A stretch of 64,000 bases of DNA, taken from IMG/VR virus record IMGVR_UViG_3300027805_000006; one strand, written 5' to 3'. The position numbers and the translations under genes are program-made. The stretch comes from a virus (taxonomy: Duplodnaviria; Caudoviricetes). Positions within the stretch are counted from its first letter, which is position 1, and each line of letters begins with the position of its first letter. This document shows positions 9,301 to 19,028 of this stretch, piece after piece. The notes beneath the pieces were generated by a model, which was given only the letters and a program-made list of their open reading frames with translations, searched no databases and was not told where the DNA came from.

Positions 9301-10834
9301 CATCAAGCAAATCAGCATTCAACCCAGTAACTAACTGTGTCTGAGCATTTGTTCCAAGCACAAATGGGGCAGCAGCTGCAGTAGGTGAGAATGAATGCTG
9401 AGCAGTGATAGTGCGCGGATTAGACGTGTGAACATATTGTGGATGGTCATCATCAGTTAATCCATCTAGTACGCCGTGGTCAACTATGTTAGGTGTTGAT
9501 ACCTGTATGATTGACAGCGTGCGATTGTCTTGAATGTCTCGAAGCGCTGCCTTTACACTATTTGAGAATGCATCTCTAACTTCAAAGATGAGACGATAGA
9601 GAGGTCTCATCTCCTTGAATGGCAAGTTTGATAGGTCAAGGGTATCCCACGTATTACCGCGCTGTGCCTGCTCGAGGCTGCTATCTTCTCTCTGACCAAG
9701 GATAAACATCACTGGTTCAGAAACATCATTTGTTGCAACTACCCAAGCTGCAACGTAGTTGTTATTCCCAGAATCAGGAGTTGTCCAGGTGCCACCAGTA
9801 TTCAAATTATATGTGGGGCGCGCGGTTCCAAACTTTAAAGGAAAGGAAGTTGCGGTATCTCTATACCATGCTCCACCAACGCCAGTGCGGTAGATAGCAG
9901 GAATTTTTGCTGGAATAGCAAGATCTTGTTCAAAATTTGCAGTAGGAGTGGCTGTTGCAACAACCTCGATCTTGATGTCCTCATCAAAGATAGTTCCACT
10001 GGTGACTGCGATTTGTGCATCAGCACCGGCGCTACCACCACCAACAAGTGTGAAGTCGGAAATTGTAAATCCACTGCCATATTGCGCACCACGGGTTATA
10101 TGCAAGTACTCGTGCGTCTGCCAGTCCATCGTGATGCCATGGCGTTCATCGCCAAACAGCGTTGCTTTTTGCTGCACAGAGTTCCAGTAGATAATTGCTA
10201 CAGGAACGTCATTTTCTAAGTTGAAAAAATTCGTACTGCTCTGCAAAGAGGCAGAGGAGTTATAGTAAATGAAGTAGAGATTAGTAGTATCTGGTATGAC
10301 TACACTCTCAGTAATTGTTTTTGTTATCTTTGCGCCCTTGTAATAGTACTCAAACTGAGTAGCAACGGGGGCAATTGAAAATGTGCGAGTTGCTGGAACA
10401 AATGAAATTTGACTTTCAGCGCGATCAATAAATCCTGTAGGTTCGCTGGTATCAAGTTGAACTGCAACTGTTTGGTCAGGTGCCCATTTAACTCCCTCAG
10501 GAGCAGTAGCATCTGCCATCAAAACATACCTGTCAGCACCTACAGCAAGCCTGACGTTGCCTGTTGCAGTTCTGACAATTAAATCACCTTTTGTTGTTGT
10601 GGGTGCAAGCCCATCAAATGTGACGTCAGACTGGCGCAGCACGAACTGCCACTCAGCATCTGCTGCGCCAGTCTTTACGTATAATGAACCATCGGTCCTG
10701 ATAAACAGGGAACCAATGGGAGCCGCTTCTCCTGGAGATGCAGAAGGATCTCCACTTCCCGTGAAAATACCCGTCTGCGTCTCGTCAAACGCCAGTCCGT
10801 CTTCAATTACGAATGCTGCGTTAATATCTGCCAC
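6398..10834 (-). CDS. Large tail fibre/virion protein (1478 aa) with an internal duplication
   Basis: Gly/Thr/Ser-rich; two copies of a TG...R..S.ISF..ATRTF.IAPV ... DHG.L.GL.DDDHPQYVHT module; GLNADLLDG motifs. Confidence 0.85.
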   Translation of the reverse strand: MADINAAFVIEDGLAFDETQTGIFTGSGDPSASPGEAAPIGSLFIRTDGSLYVKTGAADAEWQFVLRQSDVTFDGLAPTTTKGDLIVRTATGNVRLAVGADRYVLMADATAPEGVKWAPDQTVAVQLDTSEPTGFIDRAESQISFVPATRTFSIAPVATQFEYYYKGAKITKTITESVVIPDTTNLYFIYYNSSASLQSSTNFFNLENDVPVAIIYWNSVQQKATLFGDERHGITMDWQTHEYLHITRGAQYGSGFTISDFTLVGGGSAGADAQIAVTSGTIFDEDIKIEVVATATPTANFEQDLAIPAKIPAIYRTGVGGAWYRDTATSFPLKFGTARPTYNLNTGGTWTTPDSGNNNYVAAWVVATNDVSEPVMFILGQREDSSLEQAQRGNTWDTLDLSNLPFKEMRPLYRLIFEVRDAFSNSVKAALRDIQDNRTLSIIQVSTPNIVDHGVLDGLTDDDHPQYVHTSNPRTITAQHSFSPTAAAAPFVLGTNAQTQLVTGLNADLLDGQHAADFQPVDSDLTALANTTTTGIYTITGVGTSTTRSITGGSNKISVTNGDGVAGNPTIDIVEANINFPVTSVFGRTGAVTALEGDYDLTDLGDVSIVSPGPGQMLQYDGTQWINSAAPAGSGTVTSVAATAPAAGFTISGSPITSAGTLTFTLSDDLAALEALASGGIAARTGANTWQLRELVAPTGGISITNANGVAGNPTFSLTGDLAAVESLSGTGIAVRTAADTWATREILGTTDQISVTNADGISGNPTIAIASNPVLPGTESVKIPGGTSAERPGSPVEGDLRVNLDTDNLEMFDGTQWVFFKSSLIMGEEAEPTGHVNRTQSTISFDDATRTFTIAPVSGSYVYYVKGVRVVKTTSDSIQLPNTSGAYFIQFDAAGTLTQATVPDFQNFAYTSYVYWDAINSKSTVFAEERHGITMDGATHSYLHRAFGTQLLGGFDIGNFTETGTGNSNSDATFSLTNGIISDEDIRSTITHSATPTNFFEQVLTPAVSLKILRKSGTGGVWVSGNLTSFPVELVTNRAGFNDLNGGNWTVTEATEGNYVAAWVFATNDVRVPVVSFMGQRQDTTLDNAKNNNTVAALNFTGFPETEFKLLYRLIYQTSSTYSNDIKARLVNVDDYRSVKVSNVAFTSVSDHGELSGLGDDDHPQYVHTTENRTITAVHTFNPTSASAPFLLGTNAQGQLVTGLNADLLDGLSSSAFQPIDSTLTALAAYNTNGILTQTAPDTFVGRTITGTTSQITITNGNGVAGNPVISIADNPIFPGTAGMVLSTGSSAERPATPTNGTIRYNTTLGATEVYQNGGWYEIGLTSPGGSGYLAIYTGAIPGTSGNTAIPWDNTAPLDTEGTQIWSRTITPSSVASTFKFTVPFTVDVSTSNRIVICSLFRGTLNIGSAVFFATGGGRPTTLCLAVSDSPATTAPVTYSMRAGIGGGGGTWYINLTNAGNDLGGTLVSSYEITEIG

Positions 10835-10860
10835 TGCGGCTCCTCTTTAGTTGCTAAAAA

Positions 10861-11982
10861 TTACACGATTGCTGTTAAGCGCTTAGCCTTAACATCAACT
10901 GCAGAGGTTGATGTTACACGCAGGTTTAGAGTGTCTCCACCGGTAAGGGTGACAGAAACTGATAGACCTGTGATTGCGCCATTCAGACGTAGAACACCGA
11001 AGGTTGTATAGTCAGGTGATGTGCCGTTGTGTGTAGCAAATACCTTTCCAGCCCATACGCGTGTTGGTGTTCCAACTTCACGTACAAATACATCCCACTC
11101 AGTCACGACCGATGTTGAAGCATCAATTGTGGTAATGGTGGTTACGTTGGCAACATCAGTCTGCAGAGTTGTTTGAGCAAGAGCAGCGTCTAGGTCGCCG
11201 ATGGCGGTTACTAGGCTGTCGCCGTCTGTTACGAAGTTATTGGAAGCATAGTCAGGTGTTGAAGCACCTGCTGTCTTACCAATGAAGGTGTTGGCATAAC
11301 CGGCTTCGGCATCCAACTTACCAATTGCTACTGTGTGGCTGTCATTGTCGGTAACAATGTTCTCTGAGGAATAGTCTGGAAGAACTGCGCCTGCAGTTGG
11401 CTTACCAATGTAATCACGGATGTAGCCAATTTCAGCGTTGGCTGTACCTGTTGTGATTGTAATCCAAGCAGAACCATTGTACTGCCAGGTGCTATCAGCA
11501 GCCGTACCTTCTTGTACGAATACTGTATCACCATCGCTCTCATTGTTGATGTCTTCTGCGAAGGTACCTAGCGCTTGATCATAGACATAAACGTTAGGAC
11601 CATCACCACCGGAAATGCTTGCAAATAGAACGCGCTGACCATTTCCGATTGAAACACCATCTACCGTAACTGGGCTACCTGGGGTGCCAGTTGGGAGAGT
11701 GGTAGCAACCGTGTCAATAACGCGTACTGGCTCTCTCCAGGAAATACCTGTGGTGAGAACAGTTTGGACATAACTTTGTGTTGCCTGTAGGCTCCACTTA
11801 TCAATGCCAGAGCCAGCGGCTGTTTTTGTCCAAAACTCGCCATTTGCTTGGTTTGTGTAGTATGAACCAACACCAGCGGCATCGGTATCAGCTGTAGAGC
11901 CTGGTGCGCCAGTGCCGGAAAGGAACTGGACAGCATCATCGAGCTCTAGGCCTCGATAAATACGAAAGAAATCTTGTGACAT
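10861..11982 (-). CDS. Virion structural/fibre protein (373 aa)
   Basis: GISWREPVR...GQRVL fibre module; C-terminal H(N/D)GT domain shared with the 34096 gene. Confidence 0.8.
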   Translation of the reverse strand: MSQDFFRIYRGLELDDAVQFLSGTGAPGSTADTDAAGVGSYYTNQANGEFWTKTAAGSGIDKWSLQATQSYVQTVLTTGISWREPVRVIDTVATTLPTGTPGSPVTVDGVSIGNGQRVLFASISGGDGPNVYVYDQALGTFAEDINNESDGDTVFVQEGTAADSTWQYNGSAWITITTGTANAEIGYIRDYIGKPTAGAVLPDYSSENIVTDNDSHTVAIGKLDAEAGYANTFIGKTAGASTPDYASNNFVTDGDSLVTAIGDLDAALAQTTLQTDVANVTTITTIDASTSVVTEWDVFVREVGTPTRVWAGKVFATHNGTSPDYTTFGVLRLNGAITGLSVSVTLTGGDTLNLRVTSTSAVDVKAKRLTAIV

Positions 11983-12034
11983 TTTGCTGTCTCCTTAAGT
12001 TTATTGTTACATCACTTGACGTGACTTCATTTAT

Positions 12035-12709
12035 TTATGACAATAAATGTTGAATGCGAATAACGTCAACTGATGAAAAATTGACTGTGTCATTATTTGT
12101 TATTTGTAGAGACATGTCACTTGGCGAACCAATCACGGAAATTGCGAAATTGACAGCATCTCCAACACGAGCATATACGTTATAAGCAGGTGTTAAAGGC
12201 GCTGCTCTATGAACAGCCAAAACTTCTGCCATGGTTATTCTATTATCTGCAGTGCAGATAGTGATGATCCACTTGCAGGTTTTATTGCCGGCAGAAATTA
12301 GCATAGTGTTAACTAATGAACTGGAGCCTATGGCAATAGTTGCACCATTAGTTCCAACACCGAAGTTGCTGGGCGGCTTTACCATTGATTGCCGCAGTGT
12401 TTCAGCAGTCACGCGGTGGTCAACGAGCGTATCATTCCCGGAAGTTGCTCCCCAGGCTAAAGCCAAAGTTCCCTCCTGCGCTCGGTCAATGCTTGTGAAC
12501 GTATTTCCTGCTCGTGCATTTACACGGATGATTTCACGTGTAGTTGCAGATTGGTTTTCAAGTGTTACTAAAAAATACTCTCCGGGTGCTGATGGCAATG
12601 GGAATAAAGCCCCATAGCCAGGCATAACTGTAAGTGAAGTGTCTGTAGCAGAAATTGGTGCTGCAAGAAGCGCTACAGCATTATTAGCAAAAAGTTGCGT
12701 GTCTGCCAT
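12035..12709 (-). CDS. Virion structural protein (224 aa)
   Basis: FANNA.A.LAAPISATDTS...RAQEGT.A..W baseplate/fibre-attachment-like N-terminus. Confidence 0.7.
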   Translation of the reverse strand: MADTQLFANNAVALLAAPISATDTSLTVMPGYGALFPLPSAPGEYFLVTLENQSATTREIIRVNARAGNTFTSIDRAQEGTLALAWGATSGNDTLVDHRVTAETLRQSMVKPPSNFGVGTNGATIAIGSSSLVNTMLISAGNKTCKWIITICTADNRITMAEVLAVHRAAPLTPAYNVYARVGDAVNFAISVIGSPSDMSLQITNNDTVNFSSVDVIRIQHLLS

Positions 12710-12710
12710 T

Positions 12711-12917
12711 TCAACCCTTTACTCTTCCGCCATGCTTTTCAACAAGCTGCATGATAGCGGGCTTGCTTTTGTCACCTTGCTCCTTAAATTCTTGTTCAAA
12801 AATTGGAACAGCCTTTAAAGGCACAAGAACTTTCAGCGTTTCAATTCCATGCTTCAGTGTGTATGTTTGATATGGAACTTTTTTCTCAAGAGCCGCAACA
12901 TTGTTGAGGAGAGACAT
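12711..12917 (-). CDS. Hypothetical protein (68 aa)
   Basis: ORF abutting both neighbours. Confidence 0.7.
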   Translation of the reverse strand: MSLLNNVAALEKKVPYQTYTLKHGIETLKVLVPLKAVPIFEQEFKEQGDKSKPAIMQLVEKHGGRVKG

Positions 12918-12919
12918 TA

Positions 12920-13411
12920 TTAACTTCCTCTATAGTCTGAATAGTATGCTAGAAAGCGGTCCCTAGAAAACATGTCATTACCAATATCGCGCTCGATATC
13001 AACAATTTGTGTAAGACGAACTAACACCTTTTCCTCAGTATCCTTGACATCTCCAAGCACAAATAACCCTTTTGCGAGTTCATTTCGCTTGTGAAGTTTT
13101 AAACCTGTGACCTTCATGGCCTGCGTTCCCATCTTATCCTTGAAGGTAACTTCGTCTGAGACTTGAGGTAATTGTATCTTACGCTTTATTTCTCCAGCAG
13201 ACTTGAATATCTTTGAGCCAGGAATATAGTCCACAGTCTTTCCGTTTATTTTATTGATGTCGAAGAAATAAACGGCGTCAGATGGAACTCCCGCAGTGTG
13301 CTCAACATACACAGCAGGACCCCGGTCGCGATAATTTGTGAATGATAAAACAGTAAAGGACACTCCGTCCTTCGTCTCAATTTTATCACCTTTTACTGGA
13401 ACTACTAGCAC
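12920..13411 (-). CDS. Hypothetical protein (163 aa)
   Basis: ORF with GATAAATA motif at 13434-13441. Confidence 0.75.
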   Translation of the reverse strand: MLVVPVKGDKIETKDGVSFTVLSFTNYRDRGPAVYVEHTAGVPSDAVYFFDINKINGKTVDYIPGSKIFKSAGEIKRKIQLPQVSDEVTFKDKMGTQAMKVTGLKLHKRNELAKGLFVLGDVKDTEEKVLVRLTQIVDIERDIGNDMFSRDRFLAYYSDYRGS

Positions 13412-13464
13412 GATGTTTCCCCGGTTTTCATTATATTTATCCCAGTCTTAGGGCAATAGGGGAA

Positions 13465-13662
13465 TTACTGATTTTTTACATCAGTGTATTCATCATCCTC
13501 GTAGCCGTAGTCTTCAAGTTCGGCATTCCTGATTTCGCGAACATAGTTCTTGAAAGAAACCCGTGCCTTGCGGGCAACTGGGTCCAGGTTTTCATTTGTG
13601 CGCTTCTTCTTGGTGCCTACGCGGCGGTCTTGATGCTTATCGTAAATTTCAGAGTGCTTCAA
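13465..13662 (-). CDS. Small charged hypothetical protein (65 aa)
   Basis: GGAG RBS; basic N-terminal half and acidic tail. Confidence 0.65.
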   Translation of the reverse strand: MKHSEIYDKHQDRRVGTKKKRTNENLDPVARKARVSFKNYVREIRNAELEDYGYEDDEYTDVKNQ

Positions 13663-13680
13663 TCACAACTCCATTAGGTT

Positions 13681-14811
13681 TCAGGGGTTAAACTTAGTAA
13701 TGCGGAACTGCACCTGAAGTGGTGTATATCCGCCCGTGGTTGCTCGATATTCAATATCGTAATTTGCTTTTGTGCTCTCAAGTTTTATAGTTATCTGCTT
13801 TGTTTTTTCACTTGGATAACTAATTCTTGTAATCTTTAAATTATTCAATAATTCATCTTCTAGATACTCTTCAGTGATTTCCATGGCGGTAATGTCATCG
13901 CCTTTCTCACGAAGGTAAATGTAATTTGTGCCCCATAACTTCTTTAAAAGTTTCATGACGGTGCTATTAGGCTGTATTCTTTTGTCAACATCATCTACAC
14001 TTGGAGTTTCTACGGGTACTTTAGTTTGATGTGCCTTTAGACCATCTTCAATTCGCTTAACATCTAGACCAAACGGCAGCATGTATGTCTTATACTCCGG
14101 TGACTTTACATCTACCTTTAGGTCCTTTGACAGGGCTGCAGCAATTCCAATATTTGCAATTGTCTTGCCAAGCATATTCTTTACGGAAATATAGTGTTCT
14201 TCACCATCTTCGGTCTTAACAATAATGTCAGCAACAATCTTTCCTACATCTTCCATCTTTGTTTCAACAGACCTCTTAGTGCTTCCTGAACGCTTCTTTA
14301 CCTCAACAATATTTTCAGGAGAGAATTTTGGATCAATTCCTTCAAGGGCTGTAAATGCTTTTTCTGCAAGTTCATTATATTCTCCATCGATATAATCTTG
14401 CATTGCTTTTAACAGGTCACTCTCAAATTTCTCACCTTTGTTTACACCTTGACCAAGCATAAACTCATACTGACCATCAGCATATGTGAAGGTGATGCCG
14501 GAATATTTTCCAGAGTTTCCAGTATCTTGGTCATTTCTTACATTCTCAAACCCAAATTTCTTTCCTGACGGGCTCTTCATAATGGCAAAAAGTTGGTCCA
14601 ACATATCATCTGGGAGTTCTTCTCCCTGCCGAGGCTTCACGCGAATTTGGTAGTAGCCTGATGTATCGTAGTATTTTCCACGGTACTTTTCAATTTCATC
14701 TACTGGAAATTTGCTTTGCACGAAAGACAACAGAACGCCTGCCATTTTTATAACAGGGGCTGGGGCTTTTTCTTGTAGAATTTGTGCTAAAAACTGCTTA
14801 AATGAAATCAC
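13681..14811 (-). CDS. Putative head-packaged protein with a PD-(D/E)xK-like nuclease motif
   Basis: N-terminus MISFKQFLAQILQE; GEKFE...ADIIVK...HYISVK; TATAAATA at 14838-14845. Confidence 0.55.
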   Translation of the reverse strand: MISFKQFLAQILQEKAPAPVIKMAGVLLSFVQSKFPVDEIEKYRGKYYDTSGYYQIRVKPRQGEELPDDMLDQLFAIMKSPSGKKFGFENVRNDQDTGNSGKYSGITFTYADGQYEFMLGQGVNKGEKFESDLLKAMQDYIDGEYNELAEKAFTALEGIDPKFSPENIVEVKKRSGSTKRSVETKMEDVGKIVADIIVKTEDGEEHYISVKNMLGKTIANIGIAAALSKDLKVDVKSPEYKTYMLPFGLDVKRIEDGLKAHQTKVPVETPSVDDVDKRIQPNSTVMKLLKKLWGTNYIYLREKGDDITAMEITEEYLEDELLNNLKITRISYPSEKTKQITIKLESTKANYDIEYRATTGGYTPLQVQFRITKFNP

Positions 14812-14864
14812 GTTATATCACAGTAAAAATGTATTTTTATTTATAATCAGGAGTAGTTTAACCC

Positions 14865-16619
14865 TCAACCGGCTGTATTTTCTGGAAGAGCATTCTTTAT
14901 CTCATGTAGAAGTATAAGTGCCTTTGAGTTATGCGTAGCAACCGAAAGAACGTCACGAACTGCCTTCAGATTGGCTTCTTTTCCTGGTGCTTCAGGAATG
15001 CCAAATAACCTGAGAAAGCCACCTGGCAACTTATTAAGTATTTCCTGCTGGGTTGCTTGACCCCGGCGGTGGATATCAAATACTCTACCATTGTTCCAAA
15101 TTAATCCTGCCTTGGTAAGAGAGTTGGCAACCCCGCTGTATATGCTTCCAGTATATGATTGGGTGAAGCGCTTTCCGCTTTTGATGTATACCAAAAAATC
15201 ATCAATCTCTTTTAACACCAGATCATTGTCAAAAAGTGTTTCTACAGATGTTGCATCTAACTCTGCAACTGATACTCTACCAAAGCGATTGTGCGGAGGA
15301 TTTTTAAATACGTCTGATATTATTCGCTGCTCATTCATTACGCTCTTAAGTTTCTTAATTGCGGTAATGGCGCTAGAGTGTTCTGGACCAGCATCAACTC
15401 CCAATTTTTCTATGTCAAGCGGTTCGATGTGCTTTTTGTAGTAATTGGTAATGGCCAAAACAAGTTTCATAAGTTTTGGCTTGAGTTCAGGGTCAATTAG
15501 TTTTTGATATGTTTCGGGGGTTTCTTTAAGGGCATTCGCCCACCTGAAGTGCTCAGTTGAAAAGTGAATTGGCTCCAAAGGAATTTTTAAAATCTTCTTG
15601 AAGAATTCAAGTGATTCTCCGATCTCATCAAGTGTGTCCTTCGTTTCTTCGTCCCTTGCAATTGGATCAACTTCACCTTCTCTAGTGAACTTATGAACGA
15701 CGCGACAAAGTTTCTTTCCCTTTTTAAGAATAACCTTATTGATAAGATCGCTTTCTGGTTTAATCCACTCTGGCTGAGTCTTAGTGGCAACTGAAAAATC
15801 AAACAGTACATCATCAGGATCGGCAAGCGTTGAAATAACGAAGCCCATAATGTTTGGGCTTTCTACTTTATTATTCTTTTCAGACGAGGAATACCTGTAA
15901 CCTTTTGTTGCCGCCTTCACCGCCATCTCCAGGTTTTTTGTCCACATTGTAGGATTATCCCACTCAAGGTTTGCAACGCGAGTACCTTCGCGAATGCTCT
16001 TTAAGAACTTCACTCCTGTTCCCTGCGAAATGCTGGTAAATGATTTACCAACCTCGGTCATTGCGGCAACATCAAATAGAACACCGCGGTAAAGACGAAT
16101 TTTCTTATCTTCCTTGAAATTCAGTGATGAAAGTTCATCTATCGCCCCCAGCGTCAGGTTCACGTCACGGTTGTAGTTGCTGCGGGCGGCGGCTGTCTGC
16201 AGATCATCTAAAACTCCTCGCGTAATATGCTTAGAGGTAGATTGCGCAAGGTCAAAAAAGACGCTCGTAATGACTGCCTTTGCGGTTGCAAAGTAGTTCT
16301 CAATCTTAAACTTTTCTCCGGCACCATCAATCTTCTGGAACCAACTTTTAATGATAGAAGGAGTAACACTTCTTACGTTTTTCCACTGGAAGGAACTTAC
16401 CTTATTAACATCGGCGCGGCTCTTAACGTACTCCTGAACATTCCTATTGTTGAAGAAGTAAAAGTTAAGAGTTGTGACAAACTCCTCAGGATCTTTAATT
16501 TCAAATGGAGAAAAATCACGGTTGAAGAGCGACTTTATCCGAGGATCCTTCCTCATTTTATCCCGTAGTTCATCAACAGGAATATTCGCAGCTTCGCTAA
16601 GTTGTTGTAGTAGGTTCAT
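14865..16619 (-). CDS. Large hypothetical protein with a possible ADP-ribosyltransferase-like domain
   Basis: LYRG ... MWT ... GFVI...DPDDVLFDF ... KVIL; N-terminus MNLLQQLSE; CTAAATA at 16650-16656. Confidence 0.45.
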   Translation of the reverse strand: MNLLQQLSEAANIPVDELRDKMRKDPRIKSLFNRDFSPFEIKDPEEFVTTLNFYFFNNRNVQEYVKSRADVNKVSSFQWKNVRSVTPSIIKSWFQKIDGAGEKFKIENYFATAKAVITSVFFDLAQSTSKHITRGVLDDLQTAAARSNYNRDVNLTLGAIDELSSLNFKEDKKIRLYRGVLFDVAAMTEVGKSFTSISQGTGVKFLKSIREGTRVANLEWDNPTMWTKNLEMAVKAATKGYRYSSSEKNNKVESPNIMGFVISTLADPDDVLFDFSVATKTQPEWIKPESDLINKVILKKGKKLCRVVHKFTREGEVDPIARDEETKDTLDEIGESLEFFKKILKIPLEPIHFSTEHFRWANALKETPETYQKLIDPELKPKLMKLVLAITNYYKKHIEPLDIEKLGVDAGPEHSSAITAIKKLKSVMNEQRIISDVFKNPPHNRFGRVSVAELDATSVETLFDNDLVLKEIDDFLVYIKSGKRFTQSYTGSIYSGVANSLTKAGLIWNNGRVFDIHRRGQATQQEILNKLPGGFLRLFGIPEAPGKEANLKAVRDVLSVATHNSKALILLHEIKNALPENTAG

Positions 16620-16669
16620 TTTGCAGACGACGCAGGAAACTTTACTGAATATTTAGTAAAAACCAGTAG

Positions 16670-17146
16670 TTATTCCTTATAAACTGATGCTGAAATGCCG
16701 TCCAAGGCTGCCGTCCAGTTTTCAAGAAGGGCTACTTGCCTTTTATTTTCAGTAGAAATCTTCTTAAGAGAGTCTGAGAAGAAGAGCGCGTCGTGGAGCA
16801 GGTATTGATGAACTGGAGAGATAAAACTTACCATCGAAAGTGACCTCGAAAACGAAATAACGCTTTCAATAAGTTCATTAGTATTTTTTGAAGGTGGTAT
16901 TACCGCAAAAACTTCTAAAAGTGATGGGTTGTTTCTAATTACCTCAGCCCTTGCATCGGCAATCTGCTTCGCCACCGCCTTGTTGTACAGATCATCAGTG
17001 TGGCACCGTGAAAAGGAAAACCAAAGAGTTGTTCCATTTTCAATTTCTTCAAAGCGAAGGCAAAGTCCGCCACGTGGCTGCGTTACCAGTTCAGAGCGCT
17101 TGTATTTAAATAGTACTGGGCGAATGTACCTGTAAAATGGCAGCAT
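16670..17146 (-). CDS. Hypothetical protein (158 aa)
   Basis: Start moved to the ATG at 17146, just after the thyA stop, instead of 17233. Confidence 0.7.
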   Translation of the reverse strand: MLPFYRYIRPVLFKYKRSELVTQPRGGLCLRFEEIENGTTLWFSFSRCHTDDLYNKAVAKQIADARAEVIRNNPSLLEVFAVIPPSKNTNELIESVISFSRSLSMVSFISPVHQYLLHDALFFSDSLKKISTENKRQVALLENWTAALDGISASVYKE

Positions 17147-17147
17147 A

Positions 17148-18083
17148 TTATGCAGACATTTTAAAACTAATTGCAGGGTGAGGATCGTAGCCTTCAAGGA
17201 CGAAGTCTGCCATCTTGAAGGAATCGATATCACCTGAACTGTTGTTAATTACGAGGTTTGGTAAGGCACGAGGATTACGTTCTAACTGCTCCTCAACACC
17301 ATTAATATGGTCCTTATAGATGTGAACGTCTCCCATATTAATGATAAGTTCTGCAGGGGTATAGCCACATACACGTGCAAGCATATGTGTTAGAAGCGCG
17401 TACGACGCAATGTTAAATGGTAGCCCCAGCGCAGCATCTACAGAGCGTTGTGTCATCATACAACTTAGCATCTTGCCCTTTGAGACGTAGAACTGAGCAA
17501 ACATATGGCAAGGAGGAAGTGCCATTTGATCCAATTCTCCAACATTAAGGGCGCTAAGAATGATGCGCCGGTCAGTTGGGTTGTTCTTTAGTTTATTAAC
17601 CACAATGGAGAGTTGATCAACTTCTTCCTCAATAACTTTTGCACCATAGTACGCTGTGCCACCTTCTGGAAAGTGTAGAAAATCGTTATACCCGTCGACA
17701 GTATGCTTCTTCCATTTTCTCCATTGAACACCGTAAATGCGGCCAAGGTCTCCAGGAAATTTCGGCTTGTATAAAGACCCTGACGTCCCTTCTGCATTTG
17801 GTGACCAGATTGTCTTCTTGTTCTCATCGCGCGTGCCGTGCAAAATTTCTGCCAGCCGCCGCTCATCACCACTGCCCTCAATGAACCATAGAAGTTCAGA
17901 AAGAATAGACTTGAATGCCATCTTCTTTGTAGTGACTAAAGGGAAACCCTGAGTAAGGTCAATGTTCATTGAATGACCAAAACTAGAGAATGTACCTGTG
18001 CCAGTGCGGTCAGCCCTTTCCTCTCCTCTGTCTATGAGATGGTACAGAAGATCTAGATAATCTGCTTCAAAGGTATATGACAT
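17148..18083 (-). CDS. thyA: Thymidylate synthase (dUMP-specific)
   Basis: DRTGTGT, ALPPCH, QRSVD..GLPFNIASY (Asn specificity residue). Confidence 0.97.
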   Translation of the reverse strand: MSYTFEADYLDLLYHLIDRGEERADRTGTGTFSSFGHSMNIDLTQGFPLVTTKKMAFKSILSELLWFIEGSGDERRLAEILHGTRDENKKTIWSPNAEGTSGSLYKPKFPGDLGRIYGVQWRKWKKHTVDGYNDFLHFPEGGTAYYGAKVIEEEVDQLSIVVNKLKNNPTDRRIILSALNVGELDQMALPPCHMFAQFYVSKGKMLSCMMTQRSVDAALGLPFNIASYALLTHMLARVCGYTPAELIINMGDVHIYKDHINGVEEQLERNPRALPNLVINNSSGDIDSFKMADFVLEGYDPHPAISFKMSA

Positions 18084-18111
18084 TATTTTCTCCTATACTT
18101 TACTTATCATT

Positions 18112-19020
18112 CTAGGGCGAAGAATTATTCAGGTCGCTGCTGTCTTGTACTACCATTTCGTAAAGAGTTTTTACCTTTTTGGGGTCAAGGTTTTTTGCTG
18201 AAGTGAATACCGGTTCAATCTTAACGTACAGATCTCCACGCAGGCCAGGCTTCTTTAGGTCGTGTATCCAGTTGAAGTAGCCCTTGCCCTTTACCTTCAG
18301 GCGCTGGTTGATTGAAAATCCCGAAGGCACCCGCACCTGAAGTTTCTCGCTGTTAAAGTCAGACACAAGGATCCAAGCACCCAAAATAATGTCAAGTGCA
18401 TCGACCTGCATAGTGGTCTCAATATCGCCTGTCTCAATTACGACAACAGCTCGACCATTCATTGTCTCATGGTGCCAACCGCATTCAGATGCCGTTTTAA
18501 CCCTAAAGTCAGCATCGTGAATTCTTGTAATGATGTTTGCCGAAAGATTTTCAGTTACATCAATCTGTGTCCTATACCCGTCAGGAGTTCCTGGTGGTAC
18601 GTGTATGGTTTTTGAGCCGCCTTCAGGCAGTTGAACATCTATGGAAAAACCATCCGCTGCCTGCTTTAGTGTAACACCAGCCTGGAACTCCGTTACGTGC
18701 TTTACACCATGAAAGGGATTAAATCCTCCAAAGCCAGCCCTCCGCATCTGTTCAAACATCTGCTCAATGTCTGGCTGTCCTCGGAAATTTCCTTGCGACC
18801 CTTGTGGATCTCCGCCACGGTCAAAGATACTCCGCCTACGGACATCAGAAAGCGTTTCATACGCCTCTTTTATTTCTTTAAATTTTTCTTCTGCTTCCTT
18901 CTTTTCAGCTTCAGCAACCTTATCAGGGTGGTACTTGCTTGCTAGCCGCTTGTACGCCTTTTTTATTTCCTCATCGGTGGCATTTCGTGCCACACCAAGG
19001 ATTTCATAGTAATTTTTCAC
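18112..19020 (-). CDS. DnaJ/CbpA-like co-chaperone (J domain plus C-terminal domain, no Zn finger)
   Basis: NYYEILGV...YHPDK...[12 protein letters not shown]; C-terminal KGKG....GDLYV. Confidence 0.92.
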   Translation of the reverse strand: MKNYYEILGVARNATDEEIKKAYKRLASKYHPDKVAEAEKKEAEEKFKEIKEAYETLSDVRRRSIFDRGGDPQGSQGNFRGQPDIEQMFEQMRRAGFGGFNPFHGVKHVTEFQAGVTLKQAADGFSIDVQLPEGGSKTIHVPPGTPDGYRTQIDVTENLSANIITRIHDADFRVKTASECGWHHETMNGRAVVVIETGDIETTMQVDALDIILGAWILVSDFNSEKLQVRVPSGFSINQRLKVKGKGYFNWIHDLKKPGLRGDLYVKIEPVFTSAKNLDPKKVKTLYEMVVQDSSDLNNSSP

Positions 19021-19028
19021 AGGGAGAC

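Noticed and set aside
16670-17233. 187-aa version of the ORF downstream of thyA
   Set aside because: The extra N-terminus overlaps thyA by about 85 nt; the ATG at 17146 next to the thyA stop is more plausible.
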